A stretch of 64,000 nt of DNA from Alphaproteobacteria bacterium (GTDB taxonomy: Bacteria > Pseudomonadota > Alphaproteobacteria > MPNO01 > UBA830). The DNA is taken from the NCBI GenBank assembly GCA_965243135.1, contig OZ251539.1:4672001-4736000 (forward strand). The letters run 5' to 3'. This document shows, piece after piece, positions 50,816-60,546 of the stretch (the first letter of the stretch is position 1; every line of letters starts with the position of its first letter). The position numbers and the translations under genes are program-made. A model generated the notes under the pieces. It saw only the letters and a list, made by a program, of their open reading frames with translations. It was not told the DNA's origin and ran no database searches.

Positions 50816-51554
50816 TCATAGCACTAAATTCCGCTGTTTGTTCTCTGTATGAAACTAGTTTGTTAACAGCTTTCTCTCGATCTTCTATGTCGTTTGGATC
50901 CGTGCTTCCGTCGAGCGCAAGAGCAATTATCTGTAACGTTTCCAAGATATCCAAATGCTTCAAACGTTGGTCTTTCAGAGCGGGCCGATTAAGATCTACA
51001 ACATCGATTGTCTTTCTTCCAATTTCCGTAACTCCAACAGCGACATTTTCAAAATATACGATGTGATTTCGTGGATCCTCAATACCACCAGGGTCGAGAA
51101 GCAATGGTTGTTCAATATCCACAGGGTCAATGTGTGAACAGGCCCTTTGAGCGTGATTTTTCAACGGAAATAGCTCTCTTTTTGAACTTCTGTTGCAATG
51201 TTCGCAAGAATAATATAAATTTTTCCAGCAGTATGCTAGCCAGTAATATCCCGGGTAGATTCGTGATCCCGTCTCGCTTTGTTTTACCGCCCCTTTGGGC
51301 CGATAATGCTCAATGTCGCCAGACGAAAAAGCTTCAAACTTTCCCTCACAATAGCAACATTTTCCGTGTTGATCTTTTCGTAGGGTTCGTTTTACAGTAT
51401 TATGAGAATATATTCCTCTATCGAAGTCAAAGGTTTTTTCACCAGTTAAATAGATCTCTCGATTTTCCTCAAATAGTCGGCAAAGTTCCATACGGCGTTC
51501 CATTCCGGACGTCGTGAGAATTATAGGAGAAGGCGATTTATTGACCCGGATCAT
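50799..51554 (-). CDS. HNH endonuclease (Septu PtuB-like)
   Basis: KCCYCE, DIEHYRPKG, YYWLAY.W.NL..SCEHCN, PLLLDP. Confidence 0.88.
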   Translation of the reverse strand: MIRVNKSPSPIILTTSGMERRMELCRLFEENREIYLTGEKTFDFDRGIYSHNTVKRTLRKDQHGKCCYCEGKFEAFSSGDIEHYRPKGAVKQSETGSRIYPGYYWLAYCWKNLYYSCEHCNRSSKRELFPLKNHAQRACSHIDPVDIEQPLLLDPGGIEDPRNHIVYFENVAVGVTEIGRKTIDVVDLNRPALKDQRLKHLDILETLQIIALALDGSTDPNDIEDREKAVNKLVSYREQTAEFSAMTIDYL

Positions 51555-52911
51555 CGGAGGCGTCTTTCAACCCAAGGCGTTTGGCTACGCTACGGATGAT
51601 CTCCATCGCGCTTTCATCTTCTTGAGAATCGGCAGTCGGTAATTTTCGTTCGCGCTGCCGTAATTCGTTAAGTTCTTTTTTTTCTTTCTCCGACAAATCA
51701 GATCTCTGAATAAGACTATTATATCTTTCCCTCCACTTTTCCACTTCATGTGAACGTGATGAAGGCAAATCAAACAGTTCACTAGTGATAAGTTGATCCA
51801 GTCTCCAGCCTTGAACAATAGCGGGGTCATTGACGATTTCCGTGTGGTCTTCTGATCGGCGAAGAACGGCCACGTTGGCATCCAAAGAGTTCAGAGCCAT
51901 CAGCGGACTATGCGCAGTTGCGATAAACTGAATATTGGGAAAGTATTCTGTCAGACGGTCGCGGATTTTCCGCTGCCAGCTCGGATGTAGATGCAGGTCG
52001 ATTTCATCGACTATCACGATGGCTGGTTCGCGAAGAGGATCAGAGCTGTTTTCGTAGTGGCCGAGCAGTCTCGAAGCGATATCGGTGATCCACGCAAACA
52101 TAGTCTGATAGCCGAGGCTTAGTTGATGAAATGACACGTTTCCGTAAGGAGTATCTACGCGAATTCCTGACTTTTCAGGAGAAATTCCAGGGCCTGGGGG
52201 CGCGAAGATCTCGATTGAATCAGGGTTGGAAATATCTTCAATAATCTTGGACAGTATCATTCTGATACCATCCAATTTTTTTTGCGCCATGAGATCTCCT
52301 TTCATGGACGCATGGTCGAGGCGATAGAGAAAATCTTCTGCGTCGCAAAGCGAAGATTCTACCTTGAACAACGATACGGTCGGATCAGTTTCAGGTGTGA
52401 TATCTACATTCGCCACCCTAGGATGTCGTCCGGCACCATAAGCCAAAACAAGAGGTTCTTCCGCATTGACTTCTTCGGGTTCTCCACTAGAGCTGACGTC
52501 CGCAATTTGTCCATCCTTCCGTTTTATTTCATGGAGCGTTGAAATGGATTTTGAACCTACTTGATGTTTGTCGGATAATTTGCACAAGGAAAGGTGGGTT
52601 TCCAACCTTGCGGGGGAGTCGGTGCCATGACGAGCCAATCTCTTAAGAACTTCGTTCTCGGGTTCTCGCGCCAACTCAGGTTCTACAGGATTGGGCAATG
52701 TGCCTTTATTGTCGTCGGGAGGACGATTGAACATAGGGCGCATTCGCACGAGACACTGGAGCAATGTGGTTTTTCCAACTCCGTTGTCGCCGACAATAAG
52801 AGTCCACGGGGCAGGGCACCCCGCGTCGTTGGTAAGGTCCAACTCTTGGCGATCAGCGAATGATCGGATATTCTCTATATTCAACTTCGTAAAGTAAATA
52901 GCATTCGACAT
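51538..52911 (-). CDS. ABC-type ATPase (Septu PtuA-like)
   Basis: GDNGVGKTT, YGAGR, QLSLGY, VIVDEIDLHLHPSWQ, FPNIQFIATAHSP; overlaps the HNH start. Confidence 0.9.
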   Translation of the reverse strand: MSNAIYFTKLNIENIRSFADRQELDLTNDAGCPAPWTLIVGDNGVGKTTLLQCLVRMRPMFNRPPDDNKGTLPNPVEPELAREPENEVLKRLARHGTDSPARLETHLSLCKLSDKHQVGSKSISTLHEIKRKDGQIADVSSSGEPEEVNAEEPLVLAYGAGRHPRVANVDITPETDPTVSLFKVESSLCDAEDFLYRLDHASMKGDLMAQKKLDGIRMILSKIIEDISNPDSIEIFAPPGPGISPEKSGIRVDTPYGNVSFHQLSLGYQTMFAWITDIASRLLGHYENSSDPLREPAIVIVDEIDLHLHPSWQRKIRDRLTEYFPNIQFIATAHSPLMALNSLDANVAVLRRSEDHTEIVNDPAIVQGWRLDQLITSELFDLPSSRSHEVEKWRERYNSLIQRSDLSEKEKKELNELRQRERKLPTADSQEDESAMEIIRSVAKRLGLKDASDDPGQ

Positions 52912-53410
52912 TAGTGGCTCCGATCACGAGCGCTGAAGTCGGCAGGCTACTATAGCAAGGCAAACTCTTGACCTCGGACAAATAGTCAGACGGTCAAGCG
53001 ATGTCAAGCTGCACCTCATACGGAGCTGACAGCGCGTTTGGATGTGGAAAGGGTGCCGATGCCAGCGGGTCGTGAAACCTGTCGCAGGCAGTGGCAATGG
53101 ATACCGGGAGCGAGCCGAGGCCCGCTTGCCCCGCGCCGCTTGGCGGTGCGGGGGCGGCTGGCGCAAGGAAGGCGGTTCCTTGCCGCGAGCGCGGAGAAGA
53201 ACGGGAACCCCGAATCCGTCCGCGCTGCGCGAAGATCGTGCGACCGGGAGGCGCTGCGGAAGAGCGCTCTCGAGACGGCCTGCGGCGGCACCGTGGCGTC
53301 AAATCAGGAACGGGCGTACCAGACGGAAGGAACGGAAGAAATTTGCCGCCTCTTCCCCGGCGGGCCTCGGAGGATTGCGCCGAGACTTGAAAGCCCCGCG
53401 GGAAGAATTT

Positions 53411-55653
53411 CAGACCTCCTGACATGGTATGCGGAACTTGAAGATTTTGCTTGACTTTTCTCCAGGGCGTCGTAAATTAGAATGTACCACTTTCTGGAGA
53501 ATACCATGTTCCAGTCCCGCCTCGCCGTCCTGCCCGAAAATGCGACCGTGATCAGCGACAGACTGGCCTGTGTCCGCGACGATGGACATCTTGAGTTTTT
53601 CAATCCGGGCGGCCCGATTTATCGCTGCGCGGAAGACGACAAGGCGGGCCTGCGTCTGGCGCAGGGTTTGCTCGGCGACCTCGGGCTGGCGACGGTGGCG
53701 GCGCTGTCGCGCGTCTTCGGCGTTTCCCGCCTCACCATCCGTCGCAACCGGGACGCCTACCGGTCCCGCAACGTGGCGGCCTTCGCCAAAGAGCGCGGAC
53801 CGCGCGGAGGGTACAAGCTGACGGAGCTGGCACTGCAACGGGCACAGGAGGCACTCGACGAAGGGCGGTCGCAAGTTGCGGCGGCGAAGGCCGCGGGCGT
53901 GACCGAGGGGACGATCCGCCATGCCCTGCGGCAGGGGACCCTGCGCGCGGACCGGCGGCAGGGTCCGGGAACGCAGCCATCGGTGCGGTCCGCGACGGAC
54001 GGGCGCTGCGAAGGCGGCGTCGCGGTCAAGCGGGTCGAGGAACGGGTGCTTGCGAGCGTGGGAGAACTCGCCGAGGCCTCGACGCGTTTCGAGGCGGCGG
54101 AATCGGTGCCCGGCGCGGGTGTCTTGCTGGCGTTGCCGGCGCTGCTGCACGAGGGGCTGGTCGAGGTTACGGAGGAGGTTTACGGACAGCTTGAGAAGGG
54201 GTTCTTCGGCTTGCGCAGCATATTGTTGACGCTGGCCTTCATGGCCTTGCTGCGCATCAGGAACGCGGAACAACTGAAGGGCCATGCCCCGGGAGAGCTG
54301 GGCCTGCTGCTCGGTCTCGACCGGGCTCCGGAGATGAAGACGCTGCGCCGCAAGCTGAAGGAGGTCGGTCGGCGCGGTCTGGCGCGGCGACTGGCCGAAG
54401 CGTTTACCCGACGGTGGGCGGAGGCCGAGCCGGAAGCACTCGGCTTCCTGTACGTCGACGGACATGTGCGACCCTACCACGGACGCAAGCACCGCCTTCC
54501 CGAAACGTTCGTGCCGCGTCGGCGCCTGTGCATGCCGGCGACGACCGACACCTGGGTCAACGACGCTCGGGCGCAGCCGTGGTTCTTCGTTTCCATGGAG
54601 GCCAATGACGGCCTGCTGCAGGCGCTGGACAGGGATGTCCTGCCGCGGATACGAAAGGAGGGGCGCGTGACCGTCGTTTTCGATCGCGAGGGCTGGAGCC
54701 CGGAAACGTTCCGGCGCTGGGCGGCGGAAGGCGTCGATGTCATGACCTACCGGAAGGGCCATTATTCCCCTTGGCCGGAGGAAGGCTTCACGACGGTGGA
54801 GGACCCCGCGTCCGGCGTCCGTTACCGGCTGGCCGAACGGGAGACGGGTCTCGGCGAGAAAAGGTTCAAGATGCGCGAGGTGCGGCGGCTGTGCGACAAC
54901 GGCCATCAGACCGTGACGACCCGCCGGGACCTGCCGACCGTCGAGGTCGCCTCGCGAATGTTCGCCCGCTGGAACCAGGAGAATTACTTTCGCTACATGC
55001 GGCACGAGTTCGCGCTCGACCATCTTTGCACCTACGAGACCGAGCCGGCCGACCCCGAACGGATAATCCCCAACCCGCCGTACAAGGAATGCAAGGCGCG
55101 GATCGAAAGCCTCGAAGCGAAGATCGGGCGCATCCGGAAACAGCAGTGGAAGGACGAAAAGAAAGGCAGAACCGCGAGGAGCGGCAAGGCATCCCCGGAA
55201 GAACGCATCAAGGAACTCGAAGTCCTGATCGAGGAATGCGAGGCGCGCCTGGAAACCCTGCCGGAAAGAGTGCCTGTCAAGGAAACCATGGACGAGGAGG
55301 AGATCGTCAGACTCGAACCCGAGCGGAAGATCTTCACCGACCTCGTCAGGATGGCGGCTTACCGGGCGGAAAGCGCGATGCTCGCTCCCCTCGGTCCGCT
55401 GCTGAACCGGAGCGAGGACGAAGGCCGCGCCTTTCTCCAAACCCTGTTTCGAACCCCGGCCGACCTCGTCCCGGGTGACGGATGCCTCACCGTGCGCTTC
55501 CATTCCATGTCGCAGCCCCGCTTCAACAAGGCGCTTCGGGAACTCTGTGCCATGACCACTCGCGAAGGCCATGCCTACCCCGGCACCGGGCTGAAACTGG
55601 CGTTCGAGGGACCCCTGCTGGAAAATTGAATTTACGCGATGTCAGGAGGTCTG
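53411..55653 (+). mobile_element. Intact insertion sequence (2243 bp) with perfect 15-bp TIRs and 5-bp target duplication
   Basis: CAGACCTCCTGACAT (53411-53425) and ATGTCAGGAGGTCTG (55639-55653); AATTT on both flanks (53406-53410, 55654-55658). Confidence 0.93.
53482..55629 (+). CDS. Large DDE transposase with N-terminal HTH regions
   Basis: YVDGHVRPY, VVFDREG and RWNQENYFR give a D-D-E triad; fills the TIR-bounded element; start may be ATG 53506. Confidence 0.88.
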   Translation: MYHFLENTMFQSRLAVLPENATVISDRLACVRDDGHLEFFNPGGPIYRCAEDDKAGLRLAQGLLGDLGLATVAALSRVFGVSRLTIRRNRDAYRSRNVAAFAKERGPRGGYKLTELALQRAQEALDEGRSQVAAAKAAGVTEGTIRHALRQGTLRADRRQGPGTQPSVRSATDGRCEGGVAVKRVEERVLASVGELAEASTRFEAAESVPGAGVLLALPALLHEGLVEVTEEVYGQLEKGFFGLRSILLTLAFMALLRIRNAEQLKGHAPGELGLLLGLDRAPEMKTLRRKLKEVGRRGLARRLAEAFTRRWAEAEPEALGFLYVDGHVRPYHGRKHRLPETFVPRRRLCMPATTDTWVNDARAQPWFFVSMEANDGLLQALDRDVLPRIRKEGRVTVVFDREGWSPETFRRWAAEGVDVMTYRKGHYSPWPEEGFTTVEDPASGVRYRLAERETGLGEKRFKMREVRRLCDNGHQTVTTRRDLPTVEVASRMFARWNQENYFRYMRHEFALDHLCTYETEPADPERIIPNPPYKECKARIESLEAKIGRIRKQQWKDEKKGRTARSGKASPEERIKELEVLIEECEARLETLPERVPVKETMDEEEIVRLEPERKIFTDLVRMAAYRAESAMLAPLGPLLNRSEDEGRAFLQTLFRTPADLVPGDGCLTVRFHSMSQPRFNKALRELCAMTTREGHAYPGTGLKLAFEGPLLEN

Positions 55654-55702
55654 AATTTGGAGGCTCCGTTTCGCGACTCCCGCCGAGGCAGAATTCGGAG
55701 CG

Positions 55703-55730
55703 TTGACAAGAAGCGGGTCAGGATTAAATT
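55703..55730 (+). promoter_or_regulatory. Putative promoter of hrcA
   Basis: TTGACA-N16-TAAATT shortly before the hrcA start. Confidence 0.4.
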
Positions 55731-55745
55731 CCCCAGCCGGTGGAC

Positions 55746-56828
55746 ATGATGAGCAAGTCGCCTCCCGGCCTTATCGGCGAACTGAACGAGCGCTCCCGCG
55801 AGATATTCCGCGAGATCGTCGAAAGCTACTTCGCGGACGGCGAGCCCGTCGGGTCGCGAACCCTGTCGCGGCGGCTCGATACGCCGTTGTCGCCGGCCAC
55901 CATCCGCAACGTCATGGCCGATCTCGAGGACATAGGCCTGCTCTACGCGCCGCACACGTCGGCCGGCCGACTTCCGACCGACAAGGGGCTGCGCCTGTTC
56001 ATCGACGGCCTGCTGGAAATCGGCGATCTCAGCGCCGAAGATCGCCGGAGCATCGAGGTCCAATGCAACAACCACGGAACCAGCCTCGCCGAGGCGCTCG
56101 GCGAGGCGACTTCCGTGCTTTCGGGACTGGCCGGGTGCGCCGGGCTGGTCGCGGTTCCCAAAACCGCGCGGCCGCTCAAGCATATGGAGTTCGTGAACCT
56201 GGGAGACGGGCGGGCCCTCGCGGTGTTGGTCACGGACGACGGCTTCGTCGAGAACCGGCTGATCGACTTGCCGCCGGGCACGCCCCTGTCGACGCTGGTC
56301 CGGGCCGGCAACTTCCTGAACGCGCGTTTCGCGGGATCGACCATCGACGAAGCCCACCGCGCGGTGAATGACGCGATCAAGCAGCGCCGCGCCGAAATCG
56401 ACGAGATCACGGCGCGACTCGTGGAGGCCGGCCTGGCGGCATGGGCGGGAGGCGAGCGGCATGCCAGCGCCCTGATCGTCAAAGGGCAGGCGCGCCTGCT
56501 CGACGAGATTTCGGCCATGCAGGACCTCGAGCGCGTGCGCGGCCTGTTCGACGTTCTGGAAACGGAAGAATTGCTTGTCAGGCTTCTCGAAATGACCGAC
56601 AAAGCGGATGGCGTGCAGATCTTCATCGGAGCCGAGAACGTCCTGTTCGACCAGGCTGGCTGCGCCATGGTGGTCGCGCCCTTCAAGGGAGAGCAGCAGA
56701 CCATCGTCGGAGCCATCGGCGTTATCGGTCCGATGCGTCTGAATTACGCCCGGATCATCCCTATGGTCGACTATACGGCCAAGGTCATCGACCGCCTGAT
56801 CGGTCGGCAAACGGAAAGAGAGACGTGA
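55746..56828 (+). CDS. hrcA: Heat-inducible transcription repressor HrcA
   Basis: EPVGSRTL, SPATIRNVMADLE, PHTSAGRLPT, GVIGPMRLNY. Confidence 0.97.
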   Translation: MMSKSPPGLIGELNERSREIFREIVESYFADGEPVGSRTLSRRLDTPLSPATIRNVMADLEDIGLLYAPHTSAGRLPTDKGLRLFIDGLLEIGDLSAEDRRSIEVQCNNHGTSLAEALGEATSVLSGLAGCAGLVAVPKTARPLKHMEFVNLGDGRALAVLVTDDGFVENRLIDLPPGTPLSTLVRAGNFLNARFAGSTIDEAHRAVNDAIKQRRAEIDEITARLVEAGLAAWAGGERHASALIVKGQARLLDEISAMQDLERVRGLFDVLETEELLVRLLEMTDKADGVQIFIGAENVLFDQAGCAMVVAPFKGEQQTIVGAIGVIGPMRLNYARIIPMVDYTAKVIDRLIGRQTERET

Positions 56829-57526
56829 ACGAACAGGATAAATTGCGCGACGAGCCCTCGGCGGAGGAAACCGGAACCGGGACGGAAGAGCCCGAACCTC
56901 GGGAGGACGCCGGGAACCCCGACGAGACGCCTTCGCCCGAAGCGAGAGCGGAGGACGAACGGGCCGAAGAGGAACCCTCCGAAGAGGCGGAGCCCGACGA
57001 GGTCGCCGAATTGAAGGACAAGCTTCTCCGTTCCCTCGCCGACATGGAGAATTTGCGCAGGCGATCGCAGAAGGACCGCGACGACGCGTCGAAGTACGGC
57101 ATCTCCAACTTCGCGCGCGACATGCTTTCGGTCGCCGACAACCTGCGGCGCGCGATCGACTCGCTGCCTCCCGACGAAGAGTCGGGCGCGATGGCCGGAT
57201 TCGTCGAAGGCGTGGCGTTGACGGAGAAGGAAATGCTGTCGGCCTTCGAGCGCCACGGCATCGGCCGAATCGATCCTGCCGGCGAGAAATTCGATCCGCG
57301 CTTCCACGAAGCGATGTTCGAACTGCCGACGGCGGAAGCCGATCCGGGAACGGTCGTGCAGGTCCTCGAGGTGGGTTATCGGATTCACGACCGCTTGCTG
57401 AGGCCGGCCAAGGTGGCCGTCGCGAAGGAGCCCGCCGAACCCCCGGCCGAAAGCGCGTCCGACCCGGGCGAAGCGTCCGCTGCGGAAGAGCCGGACGGCG
57501 CGGAGACCACCCCGCCCCGGTCCTGA
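56825..57526 (+). CDS. grpE: Nucleotide exchange factor GrpE
   Basis: LRSLADMENLRRR, VADNLRRA, FDPRFHEAM, GYRIHDRLLRPAKV; GTGA overlap with hrcA. Confidence 0.96.
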   Translation: MNEQDKLRDEPSAEETGTGTEEPEPREDAGNPDETPSPEARAEDERAEEEPSEEAEPDEVAELKDKLLRSLADMENLRRRSQKDRDDASKYGISNFARDMLSVADNLRRAIDSLPPDEESGAMAGFVEGVALTEKEMLSAFERHGIGRIDPAGEKFDPRFHEAMFELPTAEADPGTVVQVLEVGYRIHDRLLRPAKVAVAKEPAEPPAESASDPGEASAAEEPDGAETTPPRS

Positions 57527-58377
57527 AGCAGCAGCCCGCGCAGCCGCGCGGCGGCGCGGTCGTGGTCCGATACGGCGTAGCAATACACGCAGCCGTGGGC
57601 GCAGGTGTCGTAGGCGCCTATGTCGCGGCTTTCGGCGCAAAGGCATCCCGCCCGGTTTCCTTTCTGCCGGGCCGCGATGTCGCGCCCGGCGACGTCGGAC
57701 AGCCGGCCGGCGTCTATGCAGCGCGCCGGCGTCGCGGGTGCGCAGGTCGTTTCCGGCTGGCTGCAAACCGTGAGCCGCATTCCGAAATCGCTCGCGTCGG
57801 CGGCCAGTCCGCGGCAGATTTCGCGTCTTTCGCCTTCCTCCGGGTCGCGCCAGGTGAATTCGCGCAGTTGCGCCGCGCGGTCGAGACGGCGGCGCGTCTT
57901 GCGGTAGACGTGCGCGAAGGAGATCGTGCATTCGTCCACAGCCCCGGCGAGGCGCGCCGCCAGCGCCGCGAAGTTCCGGGCGTGCCAGGCAGGCGGAGTG
58001 GCGGAGGTGACGATCACCGGATCGTAGCGCCAGACCACGGCGCGGCGTCCGTATTTTCGCGAGAGCGCGGCGATCTGCTCCGCGGCGTCGTCCGCCCGCG
58101 GCGTGCGCGCGTCGAGGAGGCGCGGATAGCCGGTGACGGTGAATTGCACGACGAAAGGCAGGTTTAGCGCCGTCACGTCCTGCAACGCGTCCGCGAAGGG
58201 CGCGGCGTTTCGGGTCCAGAACACGAACCCGTCGGCGCCGCGGGGCGAGAGGTCGACGCGATAGGGCCGACCGCCGTAAGGATTGCCGACGACGCAAAAG
58301 CCCTCCGCGAGGCGCGCGCGGAACCAGTCCGCCCGAAAGGCCGGTATGTCGGTGCGGTAGCTTGCGGAAACGATCAT
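57385..58377 (-). CDS. DUF1848-family protein (radical-SAM-like fold)
   Basis: MIVSASYRTDIPAF, FVFWTRN, QFTVTGY, WRYDP, CIDA, CLCAESRDIGAYDTCAHGCVYCYA. Confidence 0.88.
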   Translation of the reverse strand: MIVSASYRTDIPAFRADWFRARLAEGFCVVGNPYGGRPYRVDLSPRGADGFVFWTRNAAPFADALQDVTALNLPFVVQFTVTGYPRLLDARTPRADDAAEQIAALSRKYGRRAVVWRYDPVIVTSATPPAWHARNFAALAARLAGAVDECTISFAHVYRKTRRRLDRAAQLREFTWRDPEEGERREICRGLAADASDFGMRLTVCSQPETTCAPATPARCIDAGRLSDVAGRDIAARQKGNRAGCLCAESRDIGAYDTCAHGCVYCYAVSDHDRAAARLRGLLLQDRGGVVSAPSGSSAADASPGSDALSAGGSAGSFATATLAGLSKRS

Positions 58378-58438
58378 GCGGCGCCGACTCTACCTCATTC
58401 GCCGTCGCCCGCCTCGCGTTCGGAAACGCCGCGGGCCA

Positions 58439-58466
58439 CTTGTAAGTCAAGGATCACTTCCTATAT
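58439..58466 (+). promoter_or_regulatory. RpoH (sigma32)-type promoter of dnaK
   Basis: CTTG-N17-CCTATAT matches the alphaproteobacterial heat-shock promoter consensus, about 100 bp upstream of dnaK. Confidence 0.75.
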
Positions 58467-58564
58467 ATCCGCCTAGCATATGCCATCGAGTTCAGGAAAT
58501 CTTTTGGGGATAGTCCGGGGCGCCGGGACGGGTCGCGGGCATTTGCCGGATTGCGAGGTTAGAA

Positions 58565-60481
58565 ATGGGCAAGGCGATCGGTATCGATCTCGGTACCACG
58601 AATTCGTGCGTCGCAATAATGGAAGGTGCCGACGCGCGCGTCATCGAGAACAGCGAAGGCGTTCGCACCACGCCTTCCATGACGGCGTTCGCGGACGGCG
58701 GCGAACGGCTGGTTGGGCAGGCCGCCAAGCGCCAGGCCGTCACCAATCCCGAAAATACGCTGTTCGCCATCAAGCGTTTGATCGGCCGTCCGTACGACGA
58801 CCCGACCACCCGCAAGGACCAGGACCTCGTTCCGTACAGGATCGTCAAGGCCGACAACGGCGACGCCTGGGTCGAGGTCGAGGGCGACAAGTACTCGCCG
58901 AGCCAGATTTCCGCTTTCATCCTTCAGAAGATGAAGGAGACCGCCGAGGCCCATCTCGGCGAGGACGTGACCGAAGCGGTCATCACCGTTCCGGCCTATT
59001 TCAACGATTCGCAGCGCCAGGCCACGAAGGACGCCGGCAAGATCGCCGGCCTCGACGTGCTTCGCATCATCAACGAACCGACCGCGGCCGCGCTCGCCTA
59101 CGGGCTCGAAAAGAGCGAAAGCGGCACCATCGCCGTCTACGACCTGGGCGGCGGCACGTTCGACGTCTCCATTCTCGAGATCGGCGACGGCGTGTTCGAG
59201 GTCAAGTCGACCAACGGCGACACGTTTCTCGGCGGAGAGGATTTCGACGCGCGGATCATCGAATACCTCGCCGAAGAATTCCGGAAGGAGAACGCGATCG
59301 ACCTGCGCAACGACAAGCTCGCCTTGCAGCGTCTCAAGGAAGCCGCCGAGAAGGCCAAGATCGAGCTTTCGTCGTCCGGTCAAACCGAGGTCAACCTGCC
59401 GTTCATCACGGCCGATCAGAACGGTCCCAAGCATTTGAACATCAAGCTGACGCGCGCCAAGCTCGAGGCGCTGGTGGACGATCTCGTCGAACGCACCATC
59501 GAGCCGTGCCGCGCGGCGCTCAAGGACGCCGGCCTTTCCGCCGGCGAAATCGGCGAGGTGATCCTGGTGGGCGGCATGACCCGCATGCCCAGGGTGATCG
59601 AGACGGTCAAGAACTTCTTCGGACGGGAACCGCACCGCGGCGTCAATCCGGACGAGGTGGTCGCCATCGGCGCCGCCATTCAGGCCGGCGTTCTCAAGGG
59701 CGACGTCAAGGACGTGCTGCTGCTCGACGTGACTCCGTTGTCGCTCGGCATCGAAACGCTCGGCGGGGTGTTCACGCGCCTGATCGATCGGAACACGACG
59801 ATCCCGACCAAGAAAAGCCAGACGTTCTCCACCGCCGACGACAATCAGAACGCGGTGACGATCCGCGTCTTCCAGGGCGAGCGGGAAATGGCCGCGGACA
59901 ACAAGCTGCTCGGCCAGTTCGATCTGGTGGGCATTCCGCCGGCGCTCCGCGGCGTGCCGCAGATCGAGGTCACGTTCGACATCGACGCGAACGGCATCGT
60001 CAACGTGTCCGCCAAGGACAAGGCCACCAACAAGCAGCAGAACATCCGCATTCAGGCGTCCGGCGGCTTGTCGAACGACGACATCGAAAAAATGGTCTCG
60101 GAAGCGGAGAAATTCGCCGAGGAGGATCAGAAGCGCCGCGAGCGGGTGGATGCCCGAAACCAGGCGGACAGCCTGATCTACAGCACCGAGAAGAGTCTGT
60201 CCGAGCACGGCGATTCCCTGTCCGGCGAAGACAAGGCGGCGATCGAAAGCGCCGTCGTGGACCTCAAGACGGCGATCGAGGGCGACGACGCGGACGCGAT
60301 CCAGTCGAAGACGCAAGCGCTGGCGCTGGCTTCGCAGAAGCTCGGCGAAGCGCTCTACAAGGCGCAGCAGGAGCAGGCGAGCGCCGCCGCCGCGCCGGCG
60401 GACGGAACGGACGGAGAGGATGCCACCGTCGTCGACGCCGATTTCGAAGAAGTCGACGACCCCAAGGACAAATCGCCCTGA
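58565..60481 (+). CDS. dnaK: Chaperone DnaK
   Basis: [38 protein letters not shown]; full substrate-binding domain present. Confidence 0.99.
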   Translation: MGKAIGIDLGTTNSCVAIMEGADARVIENSEGVRTTPSMTAFADGGERLVGQAAKRQAVTNPENTLFAIKRLIGRPYDDPTTRKDQDLVPYRIVKADNGDAWVEVEGDKYSPSQISAFILQKMKETAEAHLGEDVTEAVITVPAYFNDSQRQATKDAGKIAGLDVLRIINEPTAAALAYGLEKSESGTIAVYDLGGGTFDVSILEIGDGVFEVKSTNGDTFLGGEDFDARIIEYLAEEFRKENAIDLRNDKLALQRLKEAAEKAKIELSSSGQTEVNLPFITADQNGPKHLNIKLTRAKLEALVDDLVERTIEPCRAALKDAGLSAGEIGEVILVGGMTRMPRVIETVKNFFGREPHRGVNPDEVVAIGAAIQAGVLKGDVKDVLLLDVTPLSLGIETLGGVFTRLIDRNTTIPTKKSQTFSTADDNQNAVTIRVFQGEREMAADNKLLGQFDLVGIPPALRGVPQIEVTFDIDANGIVNVSAKDKATNKQQNIRIQASGGLSNDDIEKMVSEAEKFAEEDQKRRERVDARNQADSLIYSTEKSLSEHGDSLSGEDKAAIESAVVDLKTAIEGDDADAIQSKTQALALASQKLGEALYKAQQEQASAAAAPADGTDGEDATVVDADFEEVDDPKDKSP

Positions 60482-60546
60482 TCGGCCCGAACGAAGCCGT
60501 GCGCGGAGCGCTCCGCGGTTCCGCGGGCCGGACGGGGTGGTGAGCG

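Noticed and set aside
50799-53405. Retron (type I-A, PtuAB-associated)
   Set aside because: No reverse transcriptase ORF (no YADD-type motif) was found nearby, and no clear msr/msd inverted repeats
45873-55653. Composite transposon carrying the RiPP and Septu-like genes between two ISs
   Set aside because: The two ISs are unrelated in TIR and transposase sequence, and each has its own 5-bp target duplication, so they inserted independently
55654-58564. CIRCE operator near hrcA, grpE or dnaK
   Set aside because: No TTAGCACTC-N9-GAGTGCTAA was seen; dnaK has an RpoH-type promoter instead
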